The position numbers were made by a program, and so were the translations under genes. Positions 32,963 through 47,450 of a stretch of DNA of 64,000 nt are shown piece after piece. Numbering within the stretch: the stretch's first letter is position 1; every line of letters begins with the position of its first letter. The notes under the pieces were generated by a model. It worked only from the letters and a program-made list of their open reading frames with translations, had not been told where the DNA came from and did not search any database. The DNA comes from the human T2T-CHM13v2.0 reference genome, Homo sapiens, in the NCBI RefSeq assembly GCF_009914755.1, contig NC_060933.1; one strand, written 5' to 3'.

Positions 32963-35057
32963 ATATATTCTCTTTATACCAGAAGTAAGTATAGTTTCAT
33001 TCAGTGAAAGTCACTGTCCCTAATCTATACAATACTCAAAGTTTAAAAAAAATACTCTATGTTAAAAACTGTGAGCATTGAAAGCTGACTTATCTATTCA
33101 GAGATCACATATAGTAAAGGGTATTACAGTATAAAATACCAAGAAAGCAGATCAGCTGATGAAAATTACTGATTTTCAATGTCTTTTTAATCATTATATG
33201 ACATCCTGATAAGTTTTCCTGAGGAATTAAATGCTTCTGGGATCTTAAAGTACATTTTCTACAAACAAGTCATAGTGTTTTCTTAAAATAAGCTATCAAT
33301 TAAAGCAAGAATGTGGAGTAGATGGCATTGGTAGATACAATCAACTAAAACATTGTTTTTATTTTCACTCCAGAGTACGGTGAGCTTATATTCACAATTA
33401 GTAAAAGGAAGCAGAGCTGATTTTCTACAACTTCTTCTGTTTCTTCTCTCAAAATCTTCAGAGAGAGGAAAAGGCAAAGGAATGCAGTATTCTCCCATTT
33501 AAGTCAACATTACAAATGCAATTAAAGGGTGTATAATATTGCTAAATAAGACCTCATCATGATGTGTATTCTATGACAGTTTATTTTGACTCCTTTAACT
33601 GAGCGTTGTGTGAGTTTCTTTAGTTTATTTGTTAGCCACTCGGTTACGAAGATCAGGATGTTTTTAGCTTTTTAGACACAATATTTGTCGAAGCTCTTCT
33701 TCTCATACTATACTTTTCTAAAATGAATGTGAAAGTATTGAAATGTGTTATCGACTTTCCATAAAATTCTCATTTACTTGAGCCTATGTAAACACCTGAC
33801 TAAACACACGGCTATTCACTGTCAGGACTTTCTCCTCAGCATCTACCACGGAAAAGATTCGATTGCACGCATACGAACCCAATGCCAGCACCCCAAGGGA
33901 CAGGGCAATAGAAATGGGAGGGGAATGATCAAGTCAATGAATGATACACTCCATTAATCTTAATGTTAGGACATTAATATTGCTTGGCAACTGCCTAAAA
34001 TCAACAATAAGCGATCAACCAATTTGTTGCCTAAAAGTTATTGATTTAACCATCAATAACTTAACAGCATAACCATAACAATAACTTTAATTTTACTAAC
34101 TTTAAATAACTACAGTTCTTTAACAATAACAATAACAGCATATATGTACATCAGTTATGCATTAAAAGATGGATATTTTTTGTGTACATCTGAATGGAGA
34201 ATATTAGATAATGTAGAAAGACATGAGACAAAGTTGATAATACAATCCCTTAGAGCTTTAATAAATGAGCTCTCTCAGTCAAGCCACAGTAACGACCTTT
34301 TCTCTGTGATATGAGCCAGGACTCTGCAGGTGTACAGAGGAGATAAACTGCAATTATAAAGTACAATTAACAGGTAGTAGCGGTCTCATTTATTATACAC
34401 ACCTACGCATGTTTCCAAGCCAGATGATCACTAAGTATTCACAGCAAGTAATCACCCACTGGACAAAACAGCATTACTTCACCTTCTGAAAAAGTAGTTT
34501 CTACTACTTTGAAAAGCTTGTTGGTGATGAGACGAAAACTGAAATAGGTTACAATTCTAATACACACACAGTACAGGTAACACAAAGAGTCTTTCCTTAT
34601 TTAACATTCTTAAGCATCACCCAAAATGCCAAAAAGAAATACGGTAAGTTTCAAGGTTTTGCATAAAGTACTACACTGAGCTTTTAAAGTGAAGGGCTTA
34701 GTCACCCAAATACTGTCTTAGGCCTTATAGTATCTCTCCTGAGTTCCCAGTATATAATTTATTATACCAAACAGATCATTCTCCAGAGTTCTTTTGATAT
34801 TTCTAGATCTCTCTCAACTTATAACCTAATCAGCTCCCTCAATCCCACATAGGCCTCAAGCTAATCTCAATCACTCTTCTTCCATTCATTTTTCATTCAC
34901 TTATTTACAAATATGTATTTTGCATGAGTTGTCTGCCAGCACTGATTTAGGGGCAGAAAGAATATGATAGTACCTAAGAAAGACCCTCATTCTTATGTCT
35001 CTTTAAAGGAAGATAAAAACTTTTAACAAGGTAAATATTTAAAAATACTTTAAAGGA

Positions 35058-35369
<312 letters not shown>

Positions 35370-35599
35370 ACTTTAGAAGACACAAAATGCTATAATAGCA
35401 GAGAGTGACAATTGCTACAAAGAAAATAAAATATGATTATGGAAAACAAATGAACTGGTTGATCCAACTCCCGTCTGTGTCCACTGCTACCATTTTGGAG
35501 TGAGCTCTTGTTAGGTCACCACTCACCCAGGCTCCAGTGATACCCTAATTGGTTTCCTTCTGTTAATGGCCTTCATTGTTTTTTCTGCAGCGCATTCAG

Positions 35600-36010
35600 T
35601 CTGTCAGGTTGGGTTCTATAGAAGCAGAGCCTGCAATAGCAATTATTGAGCAACTTTTCTTGAGAGAATAACCTTATGAGAGGGGAATAGTAAGTAGGGT
35701 GAGACAAGGGTGAGATCTACCTAAGCCAGGATGATCTCAACACAAGACTGGCTCAGCCTGACACCCAGAGTTTTGGAGCATGGATTGCATTACAGAGTTG
35801 GCCTGACGTTGAGGCTAGAGGAATAGCTCTTTATACCATGTGTCAGTCAGTCACTGGCTACAGGTTGTCCAGGTGAGGCAGCTCCCTTAAGTCTGGAGAA
35901 GCGCTCAGGAGAGAACAGGGCACTTGTGAGCCCTTAGCTACCAACAATAGTATGGGGGGGTGCAATGCAGAGGCCTAGTAAAGTGGGACTGAATAGAGCA
36001 GCACCCTTTA
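35600..36010 (-). mobile_element. LTR16-like ERVL LTR
   Basis: gttgggttctatagaagcagagcctg end motif. Confidence 0.45.
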
Positions 36011-36526
36011 ATTTAAAAGAAGAAGAAAATGGATATTGATTAGAAACACAGCAGCATCTGCCACAGTTAGAAAAAGCATGACTATGTGGTGTTTCTGTAA
36101 GAACATGAGAGAATGTCAGTGAAGCACATCATAACAGTGATTGGAGCATGAGTTCTCAGTCAATGGCAGTTATTTTGATTGTGACAGAGATTGAGATGTT
36201 TATAACTTGAATAGCTGGCACTAGAATTCCTATTACAGAAGAATTCCTAACGTTGAAGTACTAGTTTGATGAGCTGCTTGGGATAAAATTGAAACTTCAA
36301 AGTTATGCCCATTGGCAAGAGTTAAATCAGCAAAGGGGGCACCAAAACTATCTTGTGTGAGAAAAGGAGACCAATTTAGTTTTTGCTCCTGAGAAGAGAA
36401 AAGACAGAAGAGAAGGGAGGGGAAGGAGGGAGATGCAGGAAGGAGAGCCAGGGTCATGCCAGAAAAGCTCAGAGGGAATTAGCTGGCCAAGCAGTGGGGA
36501 ATTAACTTTTAAAGAATATAAGGCTT

Positions 36527-36850
36527 GGCCTGGGTGCAGTGGTTCACACCTGTAATCCCGGCACTTTGGGAGGCCGAGGCGGGTGGATCACCTGAGGTTG
36601 GGAGTTCGAGACCAGCCTGACCAACGTGAAGAAACCCCATCTCTACTAAAAATACAAAATTAGCCAGATGTAATGGCACATGCTTGTAATCCCGGCTACT
36701 CAGGAGGCTGAGGCAGGAGAATAGCTTCAACCCGGGAGGTGGAGGTTGTGGTGAGCCAAGATTGCGCCACTGCACTCCAGCCTGGGCAACAAGAGTGAAA
36801 CTCCATCTCAAAAAAAGGAAAACAAAACAAAAAAAAAAAAAAAAAAGAAA
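36527..36850 (+). mobile_element. AluSp/Sq
   Basis: Full Alu; TSD aaagaatataaggctt at 36511 and 36848. Confidence 0.93.
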
Positions 36851-38032
36851 GAATATAAGGCTTATGTTTACAGTAATTTTTGTTACACCTCCATATCTTC
36901 TGTAAGGTTATTGAAAATAAACTAATGGGTTATATGTATATGTGTCTTTTTTTGGTGAAAATTGAGGGAGAAAATAAATCTTATTTATGAGTTAGGATGT
37001 TTGAATCATAGAGAAAGAATAATCTATAAAGTGAAGAAGTTGGAATTCTCAGCCAGAGGTGACTGTACTATCTGGAATATCCTGAGAAACAGAACCAATA
37101 GCAGAGACAGAGGGAGAGCGAGAAAGACTTACTATAGCTAATTAGCTTATGTAATTCTGGAGGCTGAGAAGTCAAGTTTGCAGTTGGCAAGCTGGAGACC
37201 CAGGAGAGCCAATGGGAGAGTTCCAGTCTGAGTCTGAAGGCCTGAGCACCACGAGAGTCAATGGTGAAAGTTCCAGTCTGAAAACTGGCAGGCTCAAAAT
37301 CCAAGAAGAGCCAATATTTCAGTTTAGTCTGAAGACAAGAAAAAAGTCATGACCCAGTTCAAACAGCCAGGCAGGAGTTTTCTCTTTCTTACTGGAAGGT
37401 CAGAGTAATTTTAGTTCTATTCAGGCCTTCAACTGATTGAGTAAGGGCTACTCACATTAGGGAGAGAAGCTCGCTTTACTCAGTCTACTGATTCAAATGT
37501 TAATTTCATCCAAAAGCGCCATCACAGACATAGCTGGGATAACGTTTCATTAAATATCTGGGCACCTCATGACATCGTCAAATTTCCACATGAAATTATT
37601 CATCACAAGTCCACCTCTTGTCAACTTGGCATCCATGCACATCTCCTTAAACTATACTTAATCTCTAAATAAAGAAAATAGCAAGGCCATGCTTCTGTCT
37701 AATATATCATCATCCCATGTACAACTGAAGACACACCTACCCCTTCCCCAGAAAAGGAGGTATAATCCTCGAATGATGTTTACTTTTCTCCTTGATATCC
37801 TGTAACTTAAATGTTATAATATAAAATCAACAACACTTAAATGCAATGATATAGTCAATACCTCCTACATTAAATTATAAGGGAATAAGACAGCAGAAAA
37901 ACAATAATACTTGCTTAATGCACCCACACACATTTGCATGTATTCATAACAAAAAAGGAGGAAATGCTGATAACAATTTCAATCTTGATTTCTGTAAGTG
38001 GTCATGTGGTCATAGCTGGTATTTCTAGCTAC

Positions 38033-38095
38033 CTTCTTCCACTAAGCACCTCACTTCTTCCACTAAGCACCTCACTTCTTCCACTAAGCACCTCA
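38033..38095. repeat. 21-bp tandem repeat, three copies
   Basis: cttcttccactaagcacctca at 38033, 38054 and 38075. Confidence 0.95.
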
Positions 38096-41000
38096 GCTGG
38101 TCGTGATTATTTCCTTGTTGGGATGACCCAAGGCTTCATTCCTGAAGGGTCTGGGCCATTAGTTGTCCTGCCTGGATTAGGTGGTTGTCATTTTCCATTG
38201 ACCATAAGTACAGAATATTATAATCCCAAGGACACCCTAAGGGTATATATATTGCAGACACACCCTTCCTTATCTCCATTTGGAAGTACGAGTCCAAGTT
38301 CCCCTTGCCAGTTAAGATCAATAACCAGAACTAGCCCAGTAACTCTCTTCCTTGCCTATTGATTTACAGGCATGAGGAATCCAAAGCCACTGGGTAACAG
38401 TTTTAATTTCCAGTTCTAAAAAGGCACTGTTGTGTCTCTTGGAGGAAGCAATCCTTCATTTGAAACAGACTTCTAGGCCAGCAGATCATAAAGTTGTAGA
38501 ATCAAGAGGCAAACATTTTGCTAGTAGGTCACTAGGAATAACCGTGAGTGAGACCACTCCCACTTTCTTCCCTTGATTCCTGGACCTGTGAATTCTGCCT
38601 TTTGGAGAAACAGCATCATATTTTGGATGCTGATTTAAAGCATACAGACTCCTGAGGAATCTTTCCCCAGCTCAGTACTGCCACCTGGCTGACACTGTAA
38701 CTGAGTCTGCAAAAGGCCATTTCATCATTCTACCAAACCAGCTACTTCAGGATGGTAGAAAACATAGTAAAGTCGGTGAATTCCACGAACATGGACCCAT
38801 TGCTGCACTTCTTTTGCTGTTAACTGAATTCCCTGATCAGAAGCACTGCTGTATGGAAAACAATGACTGTGGTTAAAGCATTCCGTAAGCCCATGGATGG
38901 TAGCTTGGGTAGAAACATTGCATGTAGGGAAGGCAATTCTATATCCAGAGTGTCTATTCCAGTAAGAATAAAACACTGCCCTTTCCATGATGAAAGTGGC
39001 CCAATGTAATCAATCTGTCACCAGGTAGCTGGCTTATTACCCCAGGTGCATATCAAGGATTCAGAGTTGGTCTGTGTTGCAGGCATACTGGACCCTCACA
39101 GTGGCCATGGCCAGGTTGGCCTTGGTGAGTGGGAGTCCATGTAGGCTAAGTCTCCATCCTGCCACTATGGATACTTTGTTCCTAAGTCTACTGGGAGATG
39201 ACAGAAGTGGCTGGCGAAAGAGGCTGATAGGTATCCACAGAATGGGTCATCCTATCCACTTGATTTTTAAAATTCTTCTCTGCTGAGGTCATCCTTTGGT
39301 GAGCACCCACATGGGACACAAATATCACCATGGTTTTGTCACTCATTCAGAGAGGTCCACCCACACATACCTCTTTCCCAGGTTTCCTTGTCACCAATCT
39401 TCTAATTATGTTTACACATTATGCCATTTGTTCTTTCCAAGCAAAGTGAACAACCTGGTGCACTATTTGAAGTTGAGTCCACTGGGACAACTTCTCTTCA
39501 CCACTGTCCAGGGATGTCCCAGAGAGGGGCTACAGTGCTGCAGCTATCCACTTTCAGATGGTTCCTGAATATTATGCAAAACCCTCTGTAATCCAGGCCC
39601 AAGTCTTCTCTTCTTTAGTCAACTGATAATGGGGAGCTCCCCATGGGACCATAGGTGCAGGCTGCGAGAGAAAGGTCAGTGTAGCAGATGTGGGGACCAT
39701 GGGCTTTTGGGTCACTTTTTCACGTAACTTACTTGTGCTTCAGAGCCTGCTCAGACCTAATCATGTGTATACCACTTCCATTAGATGCTGGAGTGCTCCT
39801 CTGCATGCCTAGCTTCATAGCTTGGTGAATCAGATAACACCCAGCTCATCACATGCAGCTCAGATCACATGGCAACTTGGTGGCCCAGGGTTACGAGTTC
39901 TGTAACTACTAAGGTCTAGTAGCAGGCCAAGAGTTGTTTCTCAAAAGGAGAGGAGTTATTCGCAGAAGATGGCAGGACTTTGCTCCAACATTCTAAGGCC
40001 CTGCGCTGTTACTCACTTATAGGGCTTGTCAAAGTCTCCAAACAGTATCCTATCTGCCACTGGCACTTCAAGCACCATTGGATCTGCTAGATCATACGGC
40101 CCAAGCAGCAGAGAAGCTTGCACAGCAGCCTGGACTGCTACAGAGCCTCCTCTTATTCTGGGTCCCACTCAAAAGCAGCAGTTTTCTAGGTCACTCAGTA
40201 GATGGCTCAGAGTAACACACGCAAATGAGGAGTATGATGCCTCCAAAATCCAAAGAAGTCCACAGGGTGTTGAGTCTCTTTTTTTCGTTGTAGGAGAGAC
40301 CAGAAGCAACATCACCTTAAAAGGAATATCTTGATGTGCCCAACATCACTGGACCTCTCGAAATTGTACTGAGGTAGAAGGCCCCAGCATTTTAGTTGGA
40401 TTTATTAACCACTCCCTGACATGTATGTCTTACCAGTAATGCCATCAGTGTAACGGACCAGTAATATCTTGTGGAAGTAAAAGGTAATCAAGATCCCTGC
40501 CAACTAAATTTTAACATCGGCCTAGAAAGTTGACATATCTGTGAGGCAGGATAGCGAAGATGGATTGCTGGCCTTGTCTGCTGAAAGAAAATTGCTTGTA
40601 ATGAGACTTATGAACAGATACAGAGGAAAAAAAGCATTTGTCATGTCAATGGCTGCATATCAGAGGATGTGTTAATTTATTCAACGAAACCACATCTGAT
40701 ACAGCAGCTGCAATTGGAGTTACTATCTAGTTAAGCTTACTGTAATCTGTCATTCTCCAAAATTCATTTGTTTTCTGCACAGTTCAAATAGGTGAATTGA
40801 ATGGGGGATGTGGTGGGAATCACCACCCTTGCATATTTCAAATCCTTAATGGTAGCATTAATGTTTGCAACCTCTCCAGGAATGCAGTACTAACTTTGGT
40901 TTACTACTTTCCAAGGCAGAGACAGTTCTAGCGGCTTCCATTTAGCCTATCTCACCATAATAACCCTTGTCCCTTACACAAGTTAAGGAACCAATGTAGG

Positions 41001-41487
41001 GTTCTTCCAGCTTCTGAGTATATCTATTCTAATCATGCATTCTGGAAACAAGAAATAAGCACAGGATGGATTTCGGGACTCACTGGGACCACTGTGAGAC
41101 AGACATGGGATAAAACTCCCTGAATCACCTGATCTCCATAAGTCCTTACTTTGACTGGTGACCCACAGAGGGGGTTTAGGTGTCCTGGAATTAGTGTCAG
41201 TTCAGGGCCAGTGTCCAGTAGTTTCTAATAGGTCTGATTATTTCCTTTTCCCCGTTGCATAGTTACCCTGCTAAATGGTACCTTACTTTTGGGGAAGTTG
41301 TGAGGAAGTTTAACAGTGTAATTTTTTTTGCATTGTATGGTGCTCCTTCCTCAAGAGTACTTGGCCTCCCCTCCAGGGGGTTCTGGGGCTATAAACTGGC
41401 TCTAATCTGGGAATTGATTGAGGAGTTGTGACTCTGGTCTAGGTTAAACTTATATTCACTTGACCTAGGAATTTTCTGCTTACCCAG

Positions 41488-41890
41488 TGATACAGTTTGG
41501 GTATATATCCCCAGCCAAATCTCAGGTTGAACTGTCATCCCCAGTATTGGAGGTGGGGCCTGGTGGAAGATGACTGGATCATGGGGGTGGAGTTCTCATG
41601 AATGGTTTGGCACCATTCCCTTGGTGCTGTTCTCATGACAGTGGGTGCCTTCTCATGAGATCTGGCTGTTTAAGTGTGGCACCTAACTCTCTCTCTTTTG
41701 CTCCAGCTTTCACCATGTGACATGGAAGCTCCTGCTTTGCCTTCCGCCATGATCCTGAGGCCTCTCCAGAAGCAGATGTCAGTGCTCATGCTTCCTTGTA
41801 GAACCATGAGCTAATTAAACTTCTTTCCTTATAAATTACCCAGTCTCAACTATTTCTTTATAGCAATGCAAGAACAGCCTTATGTATACA
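41488..41890 (+). mobile_element. MSTB-like MaLR solo LTR nested in the ERVL
   Basis: tgatacagtttgg...ttggaggtggggcctggtgg...tttctttatagcaatgcaagaacagcc. Confidence 0.85.
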
Positions 41891-42308
41891 GAGAAAGTAA
41901 GAATTTAGTAGTCTTCCAGAGTATTTCACCTCTAGAACCATCATGCTCAACTAACCAACACCATAAATATGCACAAGTGAGATGATTCTGATTGCTGTCT
42001 TGAGTCTGCCTCCCTTACAGGAACCACACCCACTCTCACTTTGGTACCACCCCTTGGCTCCTGCCATCCTGGGATCCAATTACTCCCATTGTCTAGATTT
42101 TCCAAACAGTGACTGCATTCTCCACTGTAAGGTCTGGCAATCACAAAGCTCTTCAGAGACACTTAGGCTCTCCTTACAAATTGATTTCTCACAATAGCAG
42201 TGAAAAGAAGTACATCTTCTGTTTTCTCCCAATGAGGGTGGTTAGATCTGAAATGGCAAATCTATTCTAACATTCCGATCTCCCTAAGCCTTTGAATGCT
42301 TTCCTCTA

Positions 42309-43184
42309 CAGATGGTCCCCTTTAAGATGGTTCCTGTTGCAATGGTGTGAAAGTGATGCACATTTAGTAGAAACCACACTTTGAATTTTGAATCTTGATC
42401 TTTTCCCAGGTTAGATCTGCTGTATAACACTCTGTTGCAATGCTGGGCAGCTGCAGGGAGCCACAGATCCCAGCCACCCACACCATCACAAGGGTAAATG
42501 ACCAATACTCAGCTGTGTACTGTGAGTGTGCTGTGTTGCCAGTGGTTTTTATTTTTTATACTTTTAATGTTTTAATTTTTTCTTATTTTTCATAAGTTAT
42601 TGGGGGTACAGGTGGTATTTGGTTACATGAGTAAGTTCCTTAGTGGTGATTCGTGAGATGTTGGTGCACACATCACCCAAGCAGTGTACACTGTACCATA
42701 CTTGTAGTCTTTCATCCCTTGCCCCCCTCCCACTTTTCCCCCCAAGTCCCCAAAGTCCATTGTATCATTTTGCATTCTCAAGCTTCATCAGAAGAGAGAG
42801 AAACCAATGACCCTGTCACTATAACCTCTCCATCAGCCAGCAATTAATTTTAGTTCAATGTTTCAAATTTTCTTCAGGCTCCGTGCACTTTCAGCTGTGT
42901 ACATTAATGGTTAGTACCCATACAAGTATTCTGTTTTTCACTTTCAGTATGGTATTCAATAAATTAGGTCAGCTATTCATTACTTTATTATAAAATAGGC
43001 TTTGTGTTAGGTGATTTTGCTCAACTATAGAATAAAGTAAGTGTTCTGAGCATGTTTAAAGTAGGATAGGCTAAGCTATGATGTTTGGTAGGTTAAGTGT
43101 ATTAAATGCAGTTTGACTTGCAATATTTTCAAGTTATGGTAGCTTTATTGGGATGTAACCTTATAGTAACTAGAGGGGTATCTA
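42309..43184. mobile_element. Tigger2-family (TcMar) DNA transposon nested in the ERVL
   Basis: cagatggtccc...ggggtatcta terminal repeats with TA flanks; ggctaagctatgatgtttggtaggttaagtgtattaaatgca motif. Confidence 0.7.
42546..42770 (-). mobile_element. L1PB 3' end fragment nested in the Tigger
   Basis: ggggtacaggtggtatttggttacatgagtaagttc is the L1PB 3' UTR signature. Confidence 0.8.
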
Positions 43185-46007
43185 TACATTCAACCAAGGC
43201 AGGTCTGGCATTTCCAACTTACTCACTGTAGGCCACCTTTTGGTCTAGGCTTTAGTCAACCACAGAAAGTGTTAGAGCCCTTTCTGACTCCTGAGACGCA
43301 CATTAACTGTATAATCTATGCTTAGTAAAAGTAATTTCAGCCTGAGGTAAGTTGGTGTTCCTCCACCAATATCTCTCACACTTAATATCCATTCTCACAT
43401 GTTTCCTAGGTTTCTGTCTGTATAATTTTAAAAACTCAAACAATTATTGTAGAGTGTAGCACACCTCCTCATGGGCCACACTTTATACCTCACCTTTAGG
43501 GGCCCGCTGAGATGAGTCTAGTTCTAGATCCAGAAGCAAAGAAAGATGGTAGGCATGGTTCCTGAGAATATTCAGCATTTTCTTGATGGCAGCTTCCTCA
43601 GGGGAGGCCACTAAAATTTCATCAGTCACTAAGAGGTTACTCTCTTCAAATGGGGGTAGAGAGGCTGCTCCCCCTGGGGCTGGGGAGACATCTTCCAGCA
43701 GAAAAGAACTTAGTGGTTCAGTGTTTCCAGCTTCATCCAGGTCTTCCCTCACATCACATCCCCACTCCAATATTCAGATTCCATTCCTTCCCAATCAATG
43801 CCCTCACTTTCCCCATAAATACTCTACAAGGCTGGGAGTTCAAACTTACATTGTAATTCAGCCAGTCACAGGATGAGTTTCTGGGCTTCATTTTCAGCAA
43901 TCTTAGACCTGAAATTACAGGAGATAAATGTCTCCTTCAGGGCACACATAGAAGCTTTCAGATCATTTAGGTAGCATTTGAGCTGGGAATTTTAATCGTT
44001 AAGCTCATCTTTCTCTTTCTATACTTTGTCCAGCACCATTAGGAACAATCAGTCCTGAACTGTTATATTCAATAGCTTGTCGGAAATGTTTGAAAGTACC
44101 ATATACACAGTCATCCATATCCATGCTTTTTGTAAGTAGTTGATTAGGACTATCCAAGGGTGATATTTTGCATATTTCTATTGCCAAATCACGCCAGGTA
44201 CTGTGAGTGCTTTCTTTACCACTGGAAACAGAACCACTAGCATCTTTAATTCTAATCAGATTAGAAAGCCAATTCTGGAAACTTCAGAACAAATTCAAGA
44301 AATTTATTCTTAAAATTTTGTTTCTCTAGAACCACTGTTAGTACTAAATCACACTAATCTCAGTACTAATCTGTATTAGTCACGTACCTTCCAAAAGAAA
44401 AAAACCCAGAACCCACTAGATGCTTAGATGGATATGTGGACACATAGGTACATTTATTGTAAGAAATTGCTTTATGTGATTACAGAGACTGAGGAGTCCA
44501 AAATTTGCAGTTGGCAAGCTAGAGACCCAGGGAAGTTGGTAATGTAGGTCCACCCCAATTCCAAAGGCCTGAATACCAGGAAAGCTGATGGTGTAAGTTC
44601 CAGTCCCAGTCTGAGTCCAAAGGCAGAAGGACACTGATATCCTGTTCAAAGACTATCATAGAGAAACAATTATTTATTACTCAAACTTTCATTCCATTCA
44701 GGCCTTCAAGGAACGATATGAGGTCCACCTACAATGTGGAGAGCAATCTGCTTTACTCAGTCGTACCTGGGAGGCTTCAAGACTTCCGAGGAGGGTGTTA
44801 AACTTCCTTCAGACATGGAATTAAATTTTGATTCAATTTTATCCAACTGTCTTGGGAAAAGGGGAATGCTTCACCTACTGGATGGTTTAAATTATTTTGT
44901 TGTAATCATTATAAAAATGTGTACATCTGTGGACAAAAAGAAACAATGAATGAGCCAAATACATACTTGGAAATTCACAAAAATGTTAGTTTTATATAGA
45001 CATAATCTGATAAGCTTGGAAATTTTAAAAAAATGCTTTTCGAATAAGCTCAGTGTTTACAATAGTCTTGTTTCTTTTACTTGTCAAAGGCTCTGCTATC
45101 TGAAAATATTCAAACCATGAGTTTCATGGGCCCTGCCTGTGAGAAAATGTGCATTTTCCACATAAAATCCATTTCCTTGTCAGATAATTTACAACTCACC
45201 CTGTTTAAACAGACTCTGTATTTAAAGCTAGAAGATTTATCACACAGCAAGTTCAACCTCAGGAATTCCATATAAGTCCACAAGCACATGTGTCTAAAAA
45301 CTGTTGAGTAAGTAAATTCAATGATGAAAACTGTAATTTATATCAAGGATGAGAAATACTCTCTTTGTAGGTCTATTGTCAATGACTAATATATGAAGAA
45401 TTAATGCAGTTGATCATCTAAATAATGCTACACATGTCTGTTTCCATTGGCCTGTGGACAAGAACATGTGTCATTAAAAAAAGAGTTTTGAAATAAATCT
45501 CAGATATTATGATTGTTTCATTTTCTCTAATAAAATGTGAACATTTATTCATTCTTGGAAAATAATTTTGAATAGAGGTATATTCAGGTATATGTGTTAT
45601 ATTCCTTTATTGTTAACTTTATAGGCATTAGTTTCGTTAATTAAATATAATGTGGCTTTGGTGGAATGAAAAAACACTAGCCTGAAGCTGAACTGGTCAC
45701 TTTTCAGTTTTCTGTTTGGTGGGTGTGGACAGACATGATGTAATTCTTTGGAGAATTGAGACAACTTGGGAGATTTACAGGGCACATATGATTGTATTTC
45801 CATTAGTGAAATTGTCACACATTAAAGACAGAGTAGGCATATTAGAGCTAAAATGTATTCAAAGGACCTTTATCAAATAAATGTCAGTTGTGGAAATAAA
45901 TGTTAAGTTGGAATATGTGAAAGACAAATGGAAAATAAAGGGAGACCATTCATTCACGGACAGGTAGAGAAACATTCAGTGAAAGCTAAAAAGATTGAAA
46001 TAGTGTC

Positions 46008-46692
<685 letters not shown>

Positions 46693-46917
46693 TTACTTTC
46701 CCGGAGGGATTCCTCAACTGGATTGGAAGGGAAGGCAACAAAAAGTGACTGGGACATAGCGTGATTTTAAAGGCAGAATACATCAAAGTCTGGGGGTAGT
46801 TGATGCAGAAGACTTTGAACAAATGTGAATATGTCTTTATGGAATGTTCCCATCCTGCACCAATATAAGTGTGCTGCTAAACCAGAGAGAGCTCTCTGGA
46901 AGGGACTTCCTTGCTAG

Positions 46918-47450
46918 TGTTACAAGAAAGGGGTCCCTATACAGACCCCAAGAGAGGGTTCTTGGATCTCGTGAAAGAAAGAATTCAGGGCCAGTCCACG
47001 GTGCAAAGCAAAAGCAAATTTATTAAGAAAGTAAAGTGGCGAAAGAACAGCTACTCCATAGACAGAGCCAGGAGTTCCCAAAAGGAAGAAGAGGAACGCG
47101 TCCACCCTAGGTACAACGCTTGTTTATATATAGGATAAATAAAGATCATGGGAAGATGTGCTATGCTACAAGGGTTTGTGATAAAGGATTAATTGTCTTA
47201 TGTTTTGCAAGGATCGATATTATTATCTTTAAAGCAAAATTAGGAATGCTTCTGTTCTCAAGATATCAGGATATCAAGACAATCCCAAGTCTGGGCCTGT
47301 TTAGTAAACATTATCAATCTGTTCTCTTAGCAGTAAACATCTAGAGGCTAGGAATGCCTAACTTTCTATGAATGCAGCCCAGCAAGTCCCAGCCTTATTT
47401 TCTTAGCCTTCACTCAAGATGGAATCATTCTGGCTGGAAAGCCTTTGACA
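46918..47450 (-). mobile_element. MER41A-like solo LTR (ERV1)
   Basis: tgttacaagaaaggggtcc...cctttgaca; perfect TSD ctag at 46914 and 47451. Confidence 0.85.

Larger units (their letters stand above)
37063..44762 (-). mobile_element. Degenerate ERVL (HERV-L/ERVL-B4-like) provirus with MLT2B LTRs
   Basis: 3' LTR at 37063-37607 with adjacent polypurine tract (reverse complement gacaagaggtggact). Integrase remnant ORF 38725-38988 (SDQG...AKEVQQW...HPEVAGLVE), gag remnants ~43200-44250, PBS-like region ~44325-44350 and a truncated 5' LTR at 44372-44762. Confidence 0.85.

Noticed and set aside
33180-33790. Possible Charlie transposase remnant
   Set aside because: Resemblance too weak to support without an HMM search.
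37934-38362. 142-aa ORF with LLPLSTS repeats
   Set aside because: Antisense to the ERVL internal region; the repeats come from the 21-bp tandem.
46918-47450. Interferon-inducible MER41 enhancer
   Set aside because: Looks like MER41A, and I saw no tandem STAT1 GAS (TTCNNNGAA) motifs of the MER41B type.
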